Source of the DNA: a virus
Lineage: Duplodnaviria > Caudoviricetes
Length of the DNA stretch: 54,439 bases
IMG/VR virus record: IMGVR_UViG_3300037087_000771
Location: 1 to 54,439 of that record
Direction: 5' to 3' (one strand)
Positions within the stretch are counted from its first letter, which is position 1, and every line of letters begins with the position of its first letter. A model generated the notes under the pieces. The model had not been told where the DNA came from, searched no databases, and was given only the letters and a program-made list of their open reading frames with translations. Below are positions 32,870 through 42,134 of the stretch, one piece after another. Made by a program: the position numbers and the translations under genes.

Positions 32870-35836
32870 TCAGATTATCCTTGCCTCAAACTGGACCGCG
32901 GAGAAGTCCTTCACCCCCAGACCAGATCCGGAATAGTAAAGGGCAAACAGCTTTTGGATCTCGTATTCAAGGAGGCCCCGTCGAACCTGTTTTGTAGGAT
33001 TGCATGTTCCTCCGGATATCTCCTCCCCCGCAACAGGTTGTGTGCCGTCTGCTTTTTGCGTCTTCAGCGCCGAATACAGGTCACAGGACGCCATGATCTC
33101 CACTTCATTCCGGTTCGCCCGGAGAGCAGCAGGAGGAACATAATCTACCTCCCCTGGATATTTAGTGCGAACATACACGCGATCGGAAATCAGGGACTTC
33201 TTCTGCTCGGCGGTCAACGTGTAATAGTCATCGTTTTTAATCCCGTCGTCTGGTTGACCTTCGATATGAGCGGCCACGTACTTGATGATTTCCAGGGGGT
33301 GGAGGATGGCGTCTATCGATGCCTGGGTGGTGTTCTTGAGATCTTTGAAGGACCGATATGAGATGATCGCCGGGTCCTTTTCCAGTTCCTCCAACTCTGC
33401 CAGCAAGGTGGGATTCGTCACCGGGAGTTTCAGGTTGAGCACGTCCCATCGGGCGATCTTCTCAGCATCGATTTTCTTGATCTGGGCCGTCATATCCGTG
33501 ACGATCGCCTGGAGCGCATCCAATTCGATCTGGACTTCCGGAGGGATTACCGGCGTGAAGTGGTCGTAGATCCCCTTGTTCAATTCTTGCTTCATGAAGG
33601 TCCGTGCCGGATCCTCGAACATAGACAAGCCCTGCCTCTGCACGATGTAGATCTGAGCGATCACGCGCCGGGAATGCTTCGTCTGCCTGATAAACTGAGT
33701 GTTGATCGGAACGTCTTTTCTTGCCGTGATCGCGCCTGTCGAAAAGCTGAGCCCGCTCAAATACCACAGGGCCGCTTCCCAGGCGGGGGCTGCGTGCCAC
33801 ATGCTGCCGATCGGCGTGTCGATGAAGTCGGCCTTTATCTTCCACTGCATAGCCTCGCTCTTGAACCACGAGGTCCTGTCTACGCCCCAGGTGGCGTAAG
33901 AGTACGGAATGGAGTTCATCCAGTTATCGTAGCGATGCCATACGTCAATCGCTTCCGAGCGGGTATTCAAGGCGGTGATGACTGTCGGCTCCTTCTCTTC
34001 CCTCGGGATTTTGGCTTGCGTCATTCGCCATGATCCGATGCCCTGTGTCTTCAGCGCCGGGTGCGTTGTCCGATGAAACCCGCCGTCGTTTATCCGCTTC
34101 AGGGTGCCGTAGCTGAAGATGTTTGCGTCGTCAGCTTGCGTGATGTCGGCGGCAAGGAAAAGGGCGATGTCGCTCAGAGAGATTATGCTTTGCCTTGTGA
34201 GCCCCGCTGAGGCAAGATCCGCTTGCCCCATCAGACGCTCGGCGGCTGGATTCCCGATCTCGATGACCGGGGGGAGGGTACTGACTCGACCGAACTTCCA
34301 CATGGCATCGCAGGCATTTACCACCATCCCGGCATAGACGTTTTTCGCACACAGCCAGATCTCGTCTTCTCCGTAGGCAAACTGCATGTGATAAGAACTG
34401 CCCTTGAGGGTTTTCATGTCCTTGTCGTGGGCAATCTCCCAGGCGACGAACTCATTCTTGGCGAGGATGATGTCAACTTCCAGTTGTGCGGCAACTCTTA
34501 TGGCCTTGTATTTCAGGTATAGGACGATCGCTGCATCAAACGTAATGGCCACAAACTCAGCCTGCTCAACCTGATCTGTCAGCGGAAGTCTTGCGTATAA
34601 AGCCTCCCACCTGGAAATCATCGACGACGCGGACGAACCAGCAGAACCATAAGCGTTATATTTCAGGATTAACTGGCTCGTGTTGAGTCCAACATACTCA
34701 CTCTGCTCTGCTGGGGTACGTTCGGGGATCGCTCCGAGTATTTTCCACCTTTCTATTTTTGCGGTGTCGGCGATGCTATACACGATGGTTATTTTCCCAA
34801 TCAAGTCAGTCTGCTCCCCTATAAGTTTCTGGAGCTCTTGCAGGCGTTCCTGGACGCTGAGCGGCATCTCCCTTGTTGCGTCCGAGCCCTTTACGTCAAA
34901 ACTCCGGATATCTTCATTGAAGGCCAGGGGGCTCGCTTCCTTCCATTTTGAGATGAGGCCGTTCTCGACTCTTGCCGCATCGAACTTCGCCATCGACAGT
35001 TTGAAGGTCCCATCCGCGGCCCCTGCGCCATCCGTAGCAAGTGCCAGTTCTGTGTCGATCAGCAGGGATAATACCGGGTTCCCGGAGATGCTGTAGGTTG
35101 TCCACCAGGTATTCGGATTTGCCCCCGCCCTGATCAATTCCCCCTGAAAGTCAGACTTCCAGTCGGGGATGAATCCCGCCTCCTGGCTCTGTTCGTCGCC
35201 TTGAGAATCCAACGTGAATAGCTCTTCATCGCAGAACCGGAAAATGTCGAGCGCGGGCTTGAAGTCCTCGACGGTTACGGGGAAGACGTAGGGCAGTTTT
35301 GTCACTGGGTTGTAGACATTGGCCGGTGCACCCTTCTTCGCATCCCATACCGTGCAATACTCGGCAGCGTGTGACTCAGGGGTTCTTGCTACATAGGTGA
35401 GATTGTTCTCGACACGTATCCAGTCCCCATAAGGCGGGGCGTGCGGTAGCAAAGCAGTGGCGCTGATCCGGATGAACAGGAAATTATAGGTGCACGGCAC
35501 CGGGCCGTCCCTGTGCGCCACGACGTACACCTTTTCATACTCTTCACCCTTCCCTGGCGCGGACCCTATTTTCGCCATGAGGATGACCTTGTCACCGACA
35601 TCAAACCCTCGGCCACCATCGGCGACGGCTCCGTTCGTCCGCTCAATCCCTGTCGCCTGGCAGTGATATCGAACGGGCGCGTTATAGAACATCTTCTTGT
35701 TCTCGTACTCCACATCTGCCGTATCCCACAGCGCCTCGGCAATATCATCGTCCTCAAGGTAGATTTTTTTGATCGTCCCCTCAAGGTAGACGTACTTTTG
35801 AACGTCGCCGATAGTTTTGTGGTCAAAGAGACTCAT
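32870..35836 (-). CDS. Large hypothetical virion/tail protein (about 988 aa)
   Basis: Start reassigned to ATG 35836 (MSLFDHK); N-terminal OB-like segment and internal coiled-coil inserts. Confidence 0.7.
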   Translation of the reverse strand: MSLFDHKTIGDVQKYVYLEGTIKKIYLEDDDIAEALWDTADVEYENKKMFYNAPVRYHCQATGIERTNGAVADGGRGFDVGDKVILMAKIGSAPGKGEEYEKVYVVAHRDGPVPCTYNFLFIRISATALLPHAPPYGDWIRVENNLTYVARTPESHAAEYCTVWDAKKGAPANVYNPVTKLPYVFPVTVEDFKPALDIFRFCDEELFTLDSQGDEQSQEAGFIPDWKSDFQGELIRAGANPNTWWTTYSISGNPVLSLLIDTELALATDGAGAADGTFKLSMAKFDAARVENGLISKWKEASPLAFNEDIRSFDVKGSDATREMPLSVQERLQELQKLIGEQTDLIGKITIVYSIADTAKIERWKILGAIPERTPAEQSEYVGLNTSQLILKYNAYGSAGSSASSMISRWEALYARLPLTDQVEQAEFVAITFDAAIVLYLKYKAIRVAAQLEVDIILAKNEFVAWEIAHDKDMKTLKGSSYHMQFAYGEDEIWLCAKNVYAGMVVNACDAMWKFGRVSTLPPVIEIGNPAAERLMGQADLASAGLTRQSIISLSDIALFLAADITQADDANIFSYGTLKRINDGGFHRTTHPALKTQGIGSWRMTQAKIPREEKEPTVITALNTRSEAIDVWHRYDNWMNSIPYSYATWGVDRTSWFKSEAMQWKIKADFIDTPIGSMWHAAPAWEAALWYLSGLSFSTGAITARKDVPINTQFIRQTKHSRRVIAQIYIVQRQGLSMFEDPARTFMKQELNKGIYDHFTPVIPPEVQIELDALQAIVTDMTAQIKKIDAEKIARWDVLNLKLPVTNPTLLAELEELEKDPAIISYRSFKDLKNTTQASIDAILHPLEIIKYVAAHIEGQPDDGIKNDDYYTLTAEQKKSLISDRVYVRTKYPGEVDYVPPAALRANRNEVEIMASCDLYSALKTQKADGTQPVAGEEISGGTCNPTKQVRRGLLEYEIQKLFALYYSGSGLGVKDFSAVQFEARII

Positions 35837-35852
35837 TCTTTTGCCTTTTCTT

Positions 35853-36059
35853 TCAAGACACCCATGCCGAAGACCCTCCAGACGCGACGGGAGCCGCACC
35901 GCCTTTGTCGAAAATATCCAACTGCTGTACGTGGTAATAGTTGATGAGATCCCAGGGCCAGTCACGAATGACCATCATAGGCCATGTGTGTTGAAGCGAA
36001 AAAAAAGATTCCACGCTTGCGGCAGGAAGGGGCGTAACCTGTTGTACCGTGAATGCCAT
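35853..36059 (-). CDS. Small hypothetical protein
   Basis: 68 aa, SD AGGAGG, fills the gap between tail genes. Confidence 0.6.
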   Translation of the reverse strand: MAFTVQQVTPLPAASVESFFSLQHTWPMMVIRDWPWDLINYYHVQQLDIFDKGGAAPVASGGSSAWVS

Positions 36060-36069
36060 TTCTCCCTCC

Positions 36070-37680
36070 TTACGATGGGACGTTCGTGTGAGTGATCAAC
36101 ATTCCACAAGTGGAAAATGGGAAGATGGATAGGTATCTCCATACGTTGTCATAAACCCGGAACGTCGTTGTCGCATCCGGGTTTGTGTACCAAGGATAGT
36201 CAATGGTGATCGTGGTCCCATCATTGCTCGTGATCTTTCTGACCTGCCCGATCCCTGTTCCACCGACCAGAACGACAAACTTACCCACGAACTGGTTCGT
36301 GGTCCAACTCTTCGTGCTGTCCACGATAGTCAGGCTTGTCGCGGATGTCGCCAGAATGTTCGTGATGATGATCGACCCATCATTGTTTGAGACGAGACAA
36401 TCAAAATGGGTGGGAGCGCTGATAAAGAAAATCCCCTTGTCAATCCATCCAATAGAAGGCAACCCATTGCTGCCAAAGAAGAAAGGTGTCATTACCTGTT
36501 TGTTGTAGAAACCGTTCAAACTCCTCCAGTCGATAGTGGCTATCGCGTGACGGCCAGTCCCGACCGTCAGCCCTGCATCTGAGAAATAGGAAACAGGGAA
36601 CGGCGTCTGCAAATTATTGTTCGTGTAGACAGATGCCGAGAAGAAGGTGGAAGCCGGAAGTCCTATGGTGGCGCCCGAAGCGTAGTTTCTTGGGAGGGTT
36701 TCAACGATAATATGCGTAGCGTCTGGGATCGACGCAACCTTCAGTTTATCGCATCCTTCTCCCGCAACGCCAAGGATCTGAAAGAATCCTCCTGTGGATG
36801 GAACTTTCGAGGAGTCTGTCACCGGGATACTCACGTTGCTCCCCGCAACGATAGCATCGGTTGTCGTGATAAGATCCGGGAAGAATCTCTTCGGAACATG
36901 TCCAAAGCAAAACGCATACTGTTCAACCGTAGAGGTATAATTCGCATGGGGATTCACGTACACCATGTCCTTGTCACCAGCGATATAAGCCTCATAAGCA
37001 GTGCTAAATTGGTTTACGTACCAGAAGGAGCTGGGGTCATATTGCTTTCGCGTCCCGGTATGTGCTGTGGCATCCCAATACTGGTATGCGTCATAACGGA
37101 TGACGGTCGGCTCAATTCTGAGGTGGATATAGCCGTAAGGCTCCAGCCCCGACTCTCCTCTGGACTTCCAGACTGTGAAAGCCTCTGTCCCCCATACTTG
37201 GATTCCACTCCATGAAGACCAAGAGTTTGTGTCGTTATTGCTCGCAACATTTCCCGCACAACTCCCGGCTCCGGCTCTCCATTCGACTACAACAGTAGTG
37301 CTGGTGTAGGATGTGCACTCAAAAGTTGGATGAGCAGCCGCACATTTGTACTTGACCCCATTGTTGGTGCCGGGATCCGTACGGTTAATGGCCAACGCAA
37401 AATTTGCTAAAGAGGCGGCAAGATTTGCGCCAATCAGTACCTCCATGTCGGCTCCCGTAAGGGTTGCTTTCATTGTGTACACAATGCCGTCTAATGTTAT
37501 TGTCTCATTTGTCGAGAAATAATTCCCACCTGTAAACGTGTACTTGCACCTCTGTATCCCATACGAATCATGGAGTTCCCAGCCCTGTGCCGATAGAAAC
37601 GTCTTGAGATATTCGTAAAACTGGTGCGCGACACTTCCGTTTAGCGACGGGCACTTAAAGTGATATGATTTCCACGCCAT
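36070..37680 (-). CDS. Putative tail fibre / receptor-binding protein
   Basis: Start ATG 37680 (SD GGAGGT); T/G/S-rich beta-type sequence with a C-terminal DSTKSWTTNQFVG...GTGIGQVRKITSN module often seen in fibres. Confidence 0.65.
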   Translation of the reverse strand: MAWKSYHFKCPSLNGSVAHQFYEYLKTFLSAQGWELHDSYGIQRCKYTFTGGNYFSTNETITLDGIVYTMKATLTGADMEVLIGANLAASLANFALAINRTDPGTNNGVKYKCAAAHPTFECTSYTSTTVVVEWRAGAGSCAGNVASNNDTNSWSSWSGIQVWGTEAFTVWKSRGESGLEPYGYIHLRIEPTVIRYDAYQYWDATAHTGTRKQYDPSSFWYVNQFSTAYEAYIAGDKDMVYVNPHANYTSTVEQYAFCFGHVPKRFFPDLITTTDAIVAGSNVSIPVTDSSKVPSTGGFFQILGVAGEGCDKLKVASIPDATHIIVETLPRNYASGATIGLPASTFFSASVYTNNNLQTPFPVSYFSDAGLTVGTGRHAIATIDWRSLNGFYNKQVMTPFFFGSNGLPSIGWIDKGIFFISAPTHFDCLVSNNDGSIIITNILATSATSLTIVDSTKSWTTNQFVGKFVVLVGGTGIGQVRKITSNDGTTITIDYPWYTNPDATTTFRVYDNVWRYLSIFPFSTCGMLITHTNVPS

Positions 37681-37691
37681 GATCAGACCTC

Positions 37692-38714
37692 CTACTTCAA
37701 TACTGATATTGCCAGCGTGAGTTTCTGGCACAGCAAGCAAGAATCGACATTAAACACAATCACGTCGCCAGCCGTGACATTCTTGATCCACGATGCCACG
37801 GTTCCACTGTTCACCGTTGCGCCGGCAAGGGACGGCTTTTCCGTCCCGGTGATGCTATCGGTAACGGTGGGAATTGCACCCGCCGCTTTCCAAACGTCCA
37901 TGACAACATCTCCGGCTGGACTGCCGACAATGCTCCATCCCGTGATTGTGCAGGCGAAGGGGATGACCACTGCTTGCTTTGCCCCTGGGGTTATTACTGT
38001 TCCGGCCCCATCAATCGAGCACCCAAAACTTCCAGCGACGCTCCCCATCGGGCCGGTCTCGCCCTGATCTCCCTTGTCCCCTTTGAGCCCTTGAATTCCT
38101 TGAATCCCCTGGTCTCCCTGGGGGCCGGGGACGATAGACGCATCTCCCTGGTCTCCTTTGAGCCCCTGGATTCCCTGGATTCCCTGAATCCCCTGGTCTC
38201 CCTGGTCTCCTTTGTCGCCTTTGATCCCCTGAATACCTTGAATACCCTGGTCGCCTTTGTCGCCTTTGAGCCCCGCTTCCAACTCAAAGTTGAAGACGGC
38301 TTCCTGGGGAGATCCAGCGTTTACGACGGTCGGCGGGGTTCCTGACGGAACGGCGGCGACGGTGCCTAAAGCGACCGTGGCTGCTTCCCCCTGGATGCCC
38401 TGAATGCCTTGATCGCCTTTGATGCTGTTCCCTTGGGGACCCTGGATACCTTGGTCGCCCTGGTCCCCTTTCTCGCCCTTGGGGCCGGGAATTATTGAGG
38501 CGGCACCTGTATCGCCCTTATCCCCCTTGTCGCCTTTGTCGCCCTTGTCGCCCTTCCTGTTGGAATAGATCAGATCATTCCAGGCGGTCGCGCCGTCGCC
38601 GATCTTGAACTGATTGGTATCGAGTTCTACACCGATTTCGCCTTCTGCAAGGACCGGGTTCCTGCTTGTCCACTCGGCTGCATCATCGTGCCTAAATTGG
38701 ATTACGACCGCCAT
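37692..38714 (-). CDS. Collagen-like tail fibre with Mtd/hyaluronidase-type N-terminal anchor
   Basis: Start ATG 38714 (SD GGAGGAG); IQFRHDDAAEWTSRNPVLAEGEIGVELDT...KIGDG followed by long Gly-X-Y tracts. Confidence 0.85.
   Translation of the reverse strand: MAVVIQFRHDDAAEWTSRNPVLAEGEIGVELDTNQFKIGDGATAWNDLIYSNRKGDKGDKGDKGDKGDTGAASIIPGPKGEKGDQGDQGIQGPQGNSIKGDQGIQGIQGEAATVALGTVAAVPSGTPPTVVNAGSPQEAVFNFELEAGLKGDKGDQGIQGIQGIKGDKGDQGDQGIQGIQGIQGLKGDQGDASIVPGPQGDQGIQGIQGLKGDKGDQGETGPMGSVAGSFGCSIDGAGTVITPGAKQAVVIPFACTITGWSIVGSPAGDVVMDVWKAAGAIPTVTDSITGTEKPSLAGATVNSGTVASWIKNVTAGDVIVFNVDSCLLCQKLTLAISVLK
38050..38555 (-). repeat. Collagen Gly-X-Y repeats (GDK/GDQ/GIQ)
   Basis: 9-nt periodic repeats in two blocks separated by a non-collagen spacer. 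Confidence 0.9.
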
Positions 38715-38943
38715 CGGCTGCTCCTCCACCATCAAGAACGGGTAAGTCGCCATAGTGCGTGCCTGCGCGACCACCGTCGTAATTGATGATCCCCCGGAAA
38801 TTGTTCCAGTTACCTCCGCTCCCGGATGCCGCGATGATACGCGAAACTGGGTTCTCGGCCTGGATGACAACAGCAGGAGATTCAGCTACCGCGATGACGC
38901 GGCTCGCAGGCTCCTGTGCGATAATGACAGTCGCTTCGCTCAT
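38692..38943 (-). CDS. Small tail-fibre-associated protein
   Basis: 83 aa, ATGA overlap with the upstream gene; repeated VI-AE-P units and C-terminal DGG motifs. Confidence 0.55.
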   Translation of the reverse strand: MSEATVIIAQEPASRVIAVAESPAVVIQAENPVSRIIAASGSGGNWNNFRGIINYDGGRAGTHYGDLPVLDGGGAADGGRNPI

Positions 38944-39335
38944 GTCTCTACCGGCCTCGTGACTGCGGGATTGATTACGATCTTTCCCTTTTGCTGCAGC
39001 CCTGCATCGTCCAGTCCGGAAGGCGCATAGAAGAAGAGGTCATAGACCAGAGTCCGCTTTGCGTGGTCCGGGCATTTACCCTCCGTAATGGACGGGGGGA
39101 TGGAAACCGCGTATCCCCCTGCGCTTTCAGGAGAGAGGAGAATGATCCCCCCGTTCTCTGTAGTGAGGTCGATCACGACCGTTTCCTCTTCGAGGCTGTC
39201 CCTGGCCTGCAGCGCCGCCGTAAAACCGGTGAGATCGACGGGCGCTTCCGGAGTACCCACCACCCAGGTGAATTCTCGGTAGAAAGTCGCCCCCTCCCAG
39301 ATCTCAAGATCTATTATTTCATGTGAGCTGATCAT
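38940..39335 (-). CDS. Virion structural protein (fibre adaptor-like beta-sandwich)
   Basis: 131 aa; IWEGATF...PVDLTGFTAALQAR...YDL motif common upstream of phage fibres; SD AGGAG. Confidence 0.65.
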   Translation of the reverse strand: MISSHEIIDLEIWEGATFYREFTWVVGTPEAPVDLTGFTAALQARDSLEEETVVIDLTTENGGIILLSPESAGGYAVSIPPSITEGKCPDHAKRTLVYDLFFYAPSGLDDAGLQQKGKIVINPAVTRPVET

Positions 39336-39353
39336 CGTTCTCTCCTACGGCTT

Positions 39354-40040
39354 TCAGTCTGGGGTATAACGCCCGTAAACTTTGTATCGATCCCCCCGCT
39401 CCTTCGACCAGGTATTTAATTGAGTGGGCGTGGGACTCCTGAGATCATATTCAGGGTCGATCAGATTCAGGTACTTCCCGCGCTCACTACAGAAGTCGAA
39501 AGACCGCAGGTTGATTGCTTCGATCCCCAGCAGTTCCCCGAACATCCCTGGAACATCATAGAGGGTGCGATACCAAGGTTTCTTCAGATCGATCAGGACA
39601 GCACTGATCAAGATATCCCTCTCCTTGTCCGTCCAATTCGGGTTGTGGACAAACTTCAGCGTGTCACCAGTGAAGTGATCCACCGTAAACAGGCGGAAGT
39701 AGAACCACTGAGAGGCAAAAGTGTCCGGAGCGATCATCCACATGAAGTGACCATAGCTCCCCTTCGTCTTGATCTTCACTCCCAGGCTGAATAGCCCCCG
39801 GATATTGTCGCAAAAGACCATGAAGGGGTACGCGCCGGGAGGTATGGTCCTTATATCGTCAATGGTCAGATAGCGTTCATACTCCCGCGCAGGAACGGGC
39901 GGAATGTTCCCATCAGGCTGCGCCGGAGATATGAGGCCGGACTTATCTGTCTTTATCCCCGGAACAGGTTTCACCGCTGGCTCTGAGGCGGGAATAATCG
40001 CTTCCATTATTGCTTTCACGGTCTTTTTCTTCGTAACCAT
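39354..40040 (-). CDS. Permuted papain-like NlpC/P60 (YiiX/YebB-like) protein
   Basis: His (SYGHF) precedes LYD and FCSE (Cys), the circularly permuted order. Start ATG 40040, SD GGAGG. Confidence 0.65.
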   Translation of the reverse strand: MVTKKKTVKAIMEAIIPASEPAVKPVPGIKTDKSGLISPAQPDGNIPPVPAREYERYLTIDDIRTIPPGAYPFMVFCDNIRGLFSLGVKIKTKGSYGHFMWMIAPDTFASQWFYFRLFTVDHFTGDTLKFVHNPNWTDKERDILISAVLIDLKKPWYRTLYDVPGMFGELLGIEAINLRSFDFCSERGKYLNLIDPEYDLRSPTPTQLNTWSKERGDRYKVYGRYTPD

Positions 40041-40069
40041 AATAATTATGCCTCCAAAGTCCCCCCGGA

Positions 40070-40086
40070 TTGCTCCGGGGGGGGCT
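40070..40086 (-). other. GC-rich intergenic hairpin with GCAA loop (core about 40061-40086)
   Basis: CCCCCCGGA-GCAA-TCCGGGGGG on the minus strand, followed by only TTT. Confidence 0.5.
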
Positions 40087-40102
40087 TTGATCATTTTTCT
40101 GA

Positions 40103-40555
40103 CTACGCAGCGGGCGTGTTGGCCACAACTGCTTCGGCCAGATTGTCTGCCGACGCTTTCAGGGTGTCCGAAAGCGCCTGAAGGGCGACGGGGTCCGTCT
40201 TTGCCGCGGCGATCTGATCCGCGAGACCTTTCAACAGGACAATGGCGGACTGCTCCGCATCGGTGTTTGCCTGGACCTGAAGGGTCAAGGCATCCAATTC
40301 CTTACTCATGGCTTCCTCCTTTCTCTGGATATCCTTCACTATTCCGAGGATTTGATCCAGTTTTCGTATGATCTCCACAGGGAGCGGAAAATGATTTCCT
40401 TCTCTTTTCTCGTTGCCTGGAACTTTCGCTGCCTCAGTTATCGCCGCCTGGTATTCCTTCTTCTGCTCCGGCGTCATACTTGACCAGCGAACTATCAGGG
40501 CCTTGAGCGCGCTTGTGGCTATGGACAGGAGAATCTTGATCACCGTTGGGCTCAT
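40103..40555 (-). CDS. Hypothetical helical protein with a probable internal in-frame start at 40309
   Basis: 150 aa; AAGGAGG 5 nt before the internal MSKELDAL. Confidence 0.65.
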   Translation of the reverse strand: MSPTVIKILLSIATSALKALIVRWSSMTPEQKKEYQAAITEAAKVPGNEKREGNHFPLPVEIIRKLDQILGIVKDIQRKEEAMSKELDALTLQVQANTDAEQSAIVLLKGLADQIAAAKTDPVALQALSDTLKASADNLAEAVVANTPAA

Positions 40556-40565
40556 GGTTTCCCCC

Positions 40566-40952
40566 TTACATCTTGGCCAGCACTATCAACCGGTCAACCT
40601 TTGCAATAATGCCCGCCTTGTAAGACCCCAGCATCGGCAGGACAGTTTCGGAAAGCGGCTTGTCTGTGTTGATGTATCCGACTAATATTACATAGATATA
40701 AGCGTATTTTCCTTCAAACTGTTTTGCCAGCATGATGATCAGGTCGTCATAGGTGACGCTGCCATCAAGGAATGTCTTGACGGTGTTCAGTCCAGCAAGC
40801 ACCACCGGCTTGTAGCAGGGGTTATTCTGCATCGCCATGACAAAGGCCGTGTCGGTGGCTACGTTCATCGCCACGTTAGCGTTCAACCCCGTGCATCCGG
40901 TACATCCGGTAAGCACGATCAACATAAGAATTCCTGCCAGTAACTTTTTCAT
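40566..40952 (-). CDS. Lipoprotein
   Basis: MKKLLAGILMLIVLTGC lipobox; SD AAGGAGG; directly downstream of the M15 peptidase. Confidence 0.75.
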   Translation of the reverse strand: MKKLLAGILMLIVLTGCTGCTGLNANVAMNVATDTAFVMAMQNNPCYKPVVLAGLNTVKTFLDGSVTYDDLIIMLAKQFEGKYAYIYVILVGYINTDKPLSETVLPMLGSYKAGIIAKVDRLIVLAKM

Positions 40953-40962
40953 TGTATCCTCC

Positions 40963-41355
40963 TTAATCAATCAATTCGTAGTGAGGGCCGTCTTGGAAGG
41001 TCTGATCGTTGAGATCAGTATCTCCGTCCCAATCTTTTCCCCAACGAAGTTTGATCCCCATCGCTAGGGCCGTAGACATCACGAACCCGGCGAAGTAGCA
41101 GATCCGGTTGATGTCGTTCCAGTCAATCGGCCAGGGCATTGCGTCAACCGCCATGGACGGGAGTTTGTTGTGCTCTCCATTCGGCCAGTCCAGTTTGCTC
41201 TTGCCCTGTCTGAAATACAGGTGCTGCAGAGTCTCTCCCCGGTGCCCCTCGATTATCTTGCAGTCGAAGACCTTGATAACCCCGCTGAATACACGCTGTA
41301 TCCGAGTCTCACAGGTCGCAAGCTGCTCGTTTGATAACAGTGAGAATTTTGACAT
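40963..41355 (-). CDS. M15-family peptidoglycan peptidase (endolysin-like)
   Basis: EGHR...Q...HNKLPSMAVD...RWGKDW...DGPHYEL zinc-binding pattern. Confidence 0.88.
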   Translation of the reverse strand: MSKFSLLSNEQLATCETRIQRVFSGVIKVFDCKIIEGHRGETLQHLYFRQGKSKLDWPNGEHNKLPSMAVDAMPWPIDWNDINRICYFAGFVMSTALAMGIKLRWGKDWDGDTDLNDQTFQDGPHYELID

Positions 41356-41525
41356 CAGCCTCCACCCCTAAACGCTCCCACCAGCCACAAGACAAGCAGG
41401 ATTATCAGTACCAGCCCGAGGTCACTACTATGATAGTATCCCCACGCCTGGCTATGCGGCCAGACGGGAAGCACTCCGACGAGCGCAAGAACCAAAATGA
41501 TGAGTGATACCGCTCCTAAACTCAT
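41355..41525 (-). CDS. DUF3309-like small membrane protein (56 aa; not in ORF track)
   Basis: My translation: MSLGAVSLIILVLALVGVLPVWPHSQAWGYYHSSDLGLVLIILLVLWLVGAFRGGG. SD AGGAGG; TGATG coupling to the peptidase. Confidence 0.75.
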   Translation of the reverse strand: MSLGAVSLIILVLALVGVLPVWPHSQAWGYYHSSDLGLVLIILLVLWLVGAFRGGG

Positions 41526-41534
41526 GACAGCCTC

Positions 41535-42068
41535 CTATTTCGTCATAGCCATTTGAATCAAAAAAACGATGATCCCACCAGCCAGAGCCGCGATCAGCAT
41601 CAGGAGTGGAGAAGTCACACCGCTTTTCCCCTTGGTTTCGTACTGAGCCTTCTCAAGCAAACCCAGCCGATCCGTCAACTGCGTTTGAAGTTGTGACAAA
41701 CTCGTCGCCACTGCGGTAGCGGTTGATGCCACGAGCGTCCGGAGTGTTTCCGCCGAAGCCACAACCTGATTGGCGAGCACTGCCGCCTGCGCTGTCGCCC
41801 TTTCGCTCGCTACGGCTACCGCTGCCACGTCCACCGCCCGAATGGCGTCGATCCGCTTCGCCTCAGCCATCGAAAGTTTGTCCACATATTCGGCCCGAAG
41901 TGCCATGAGGTCGTCGGATCGTTTTGTTGCCGCCGCTACCAGATCGTCCTGGCGTCTATTTTCCACCAGGCGAAGATCGTCAAGGCGTTTGACAGCGGCC
42001 TCTACCAGTGACAGCACGTTCGCCGTAGGGTCGATAGTTTTTGAGTTATCCGGTTTGGCACCCGTCAT
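41535..42068 (-). CDS. Coiled-coil protein with C-terminal TM anchor
   Basis: 177 aa; SD AAGGAGG. Confidence 0.7.
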   Translation of the reverse strand: MTGAKPDNSKTIDPTANVLSLVEAAVKRLDDLRLVENRRQDDLVAAATKRSDDLMALRAEYVDKLSMAEAKRIDAIRAVDVAAVAVASERATAQAAVLANQVVASAETLRTLVASTATAVATSLSQLQTQLTDRLGLLEKAQYETKGKSGVTSPLLMLIAALAGGIIVFLIQMAMTK

Positions 42069-42085
42069 CTCGCCCTCCTTGAAGT

Positions 42086-42118
42086 GTCCCCCGCGGGGCC
42101 TGTCAAGAACCCCACGGG
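42086..42118 (-). other. Intergenic hairpin
   Basis: CCCGTGGGGTT-CTTGACA-GGCCCCGCGGG on the minus strand. Confidence 0.5.
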
Positions 42119-42134
42119 TAACTTAGTGAGCCGC

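Noticed and set aside
24960-38555. Periodic DNA repeats as a CRISPR array
   Set aside because: They are in-frame, degenerate coding repeats (collagen and 21-aa units) without identical repeats or unique spacers.
36070-38714. Diversity-generating retroelement suggested by the Mtd-like N-terminus
   Set aside because: No reverse transcriptase and no TR/VR repeat pair in the window. This anchor domain is common in ordinary fibres.
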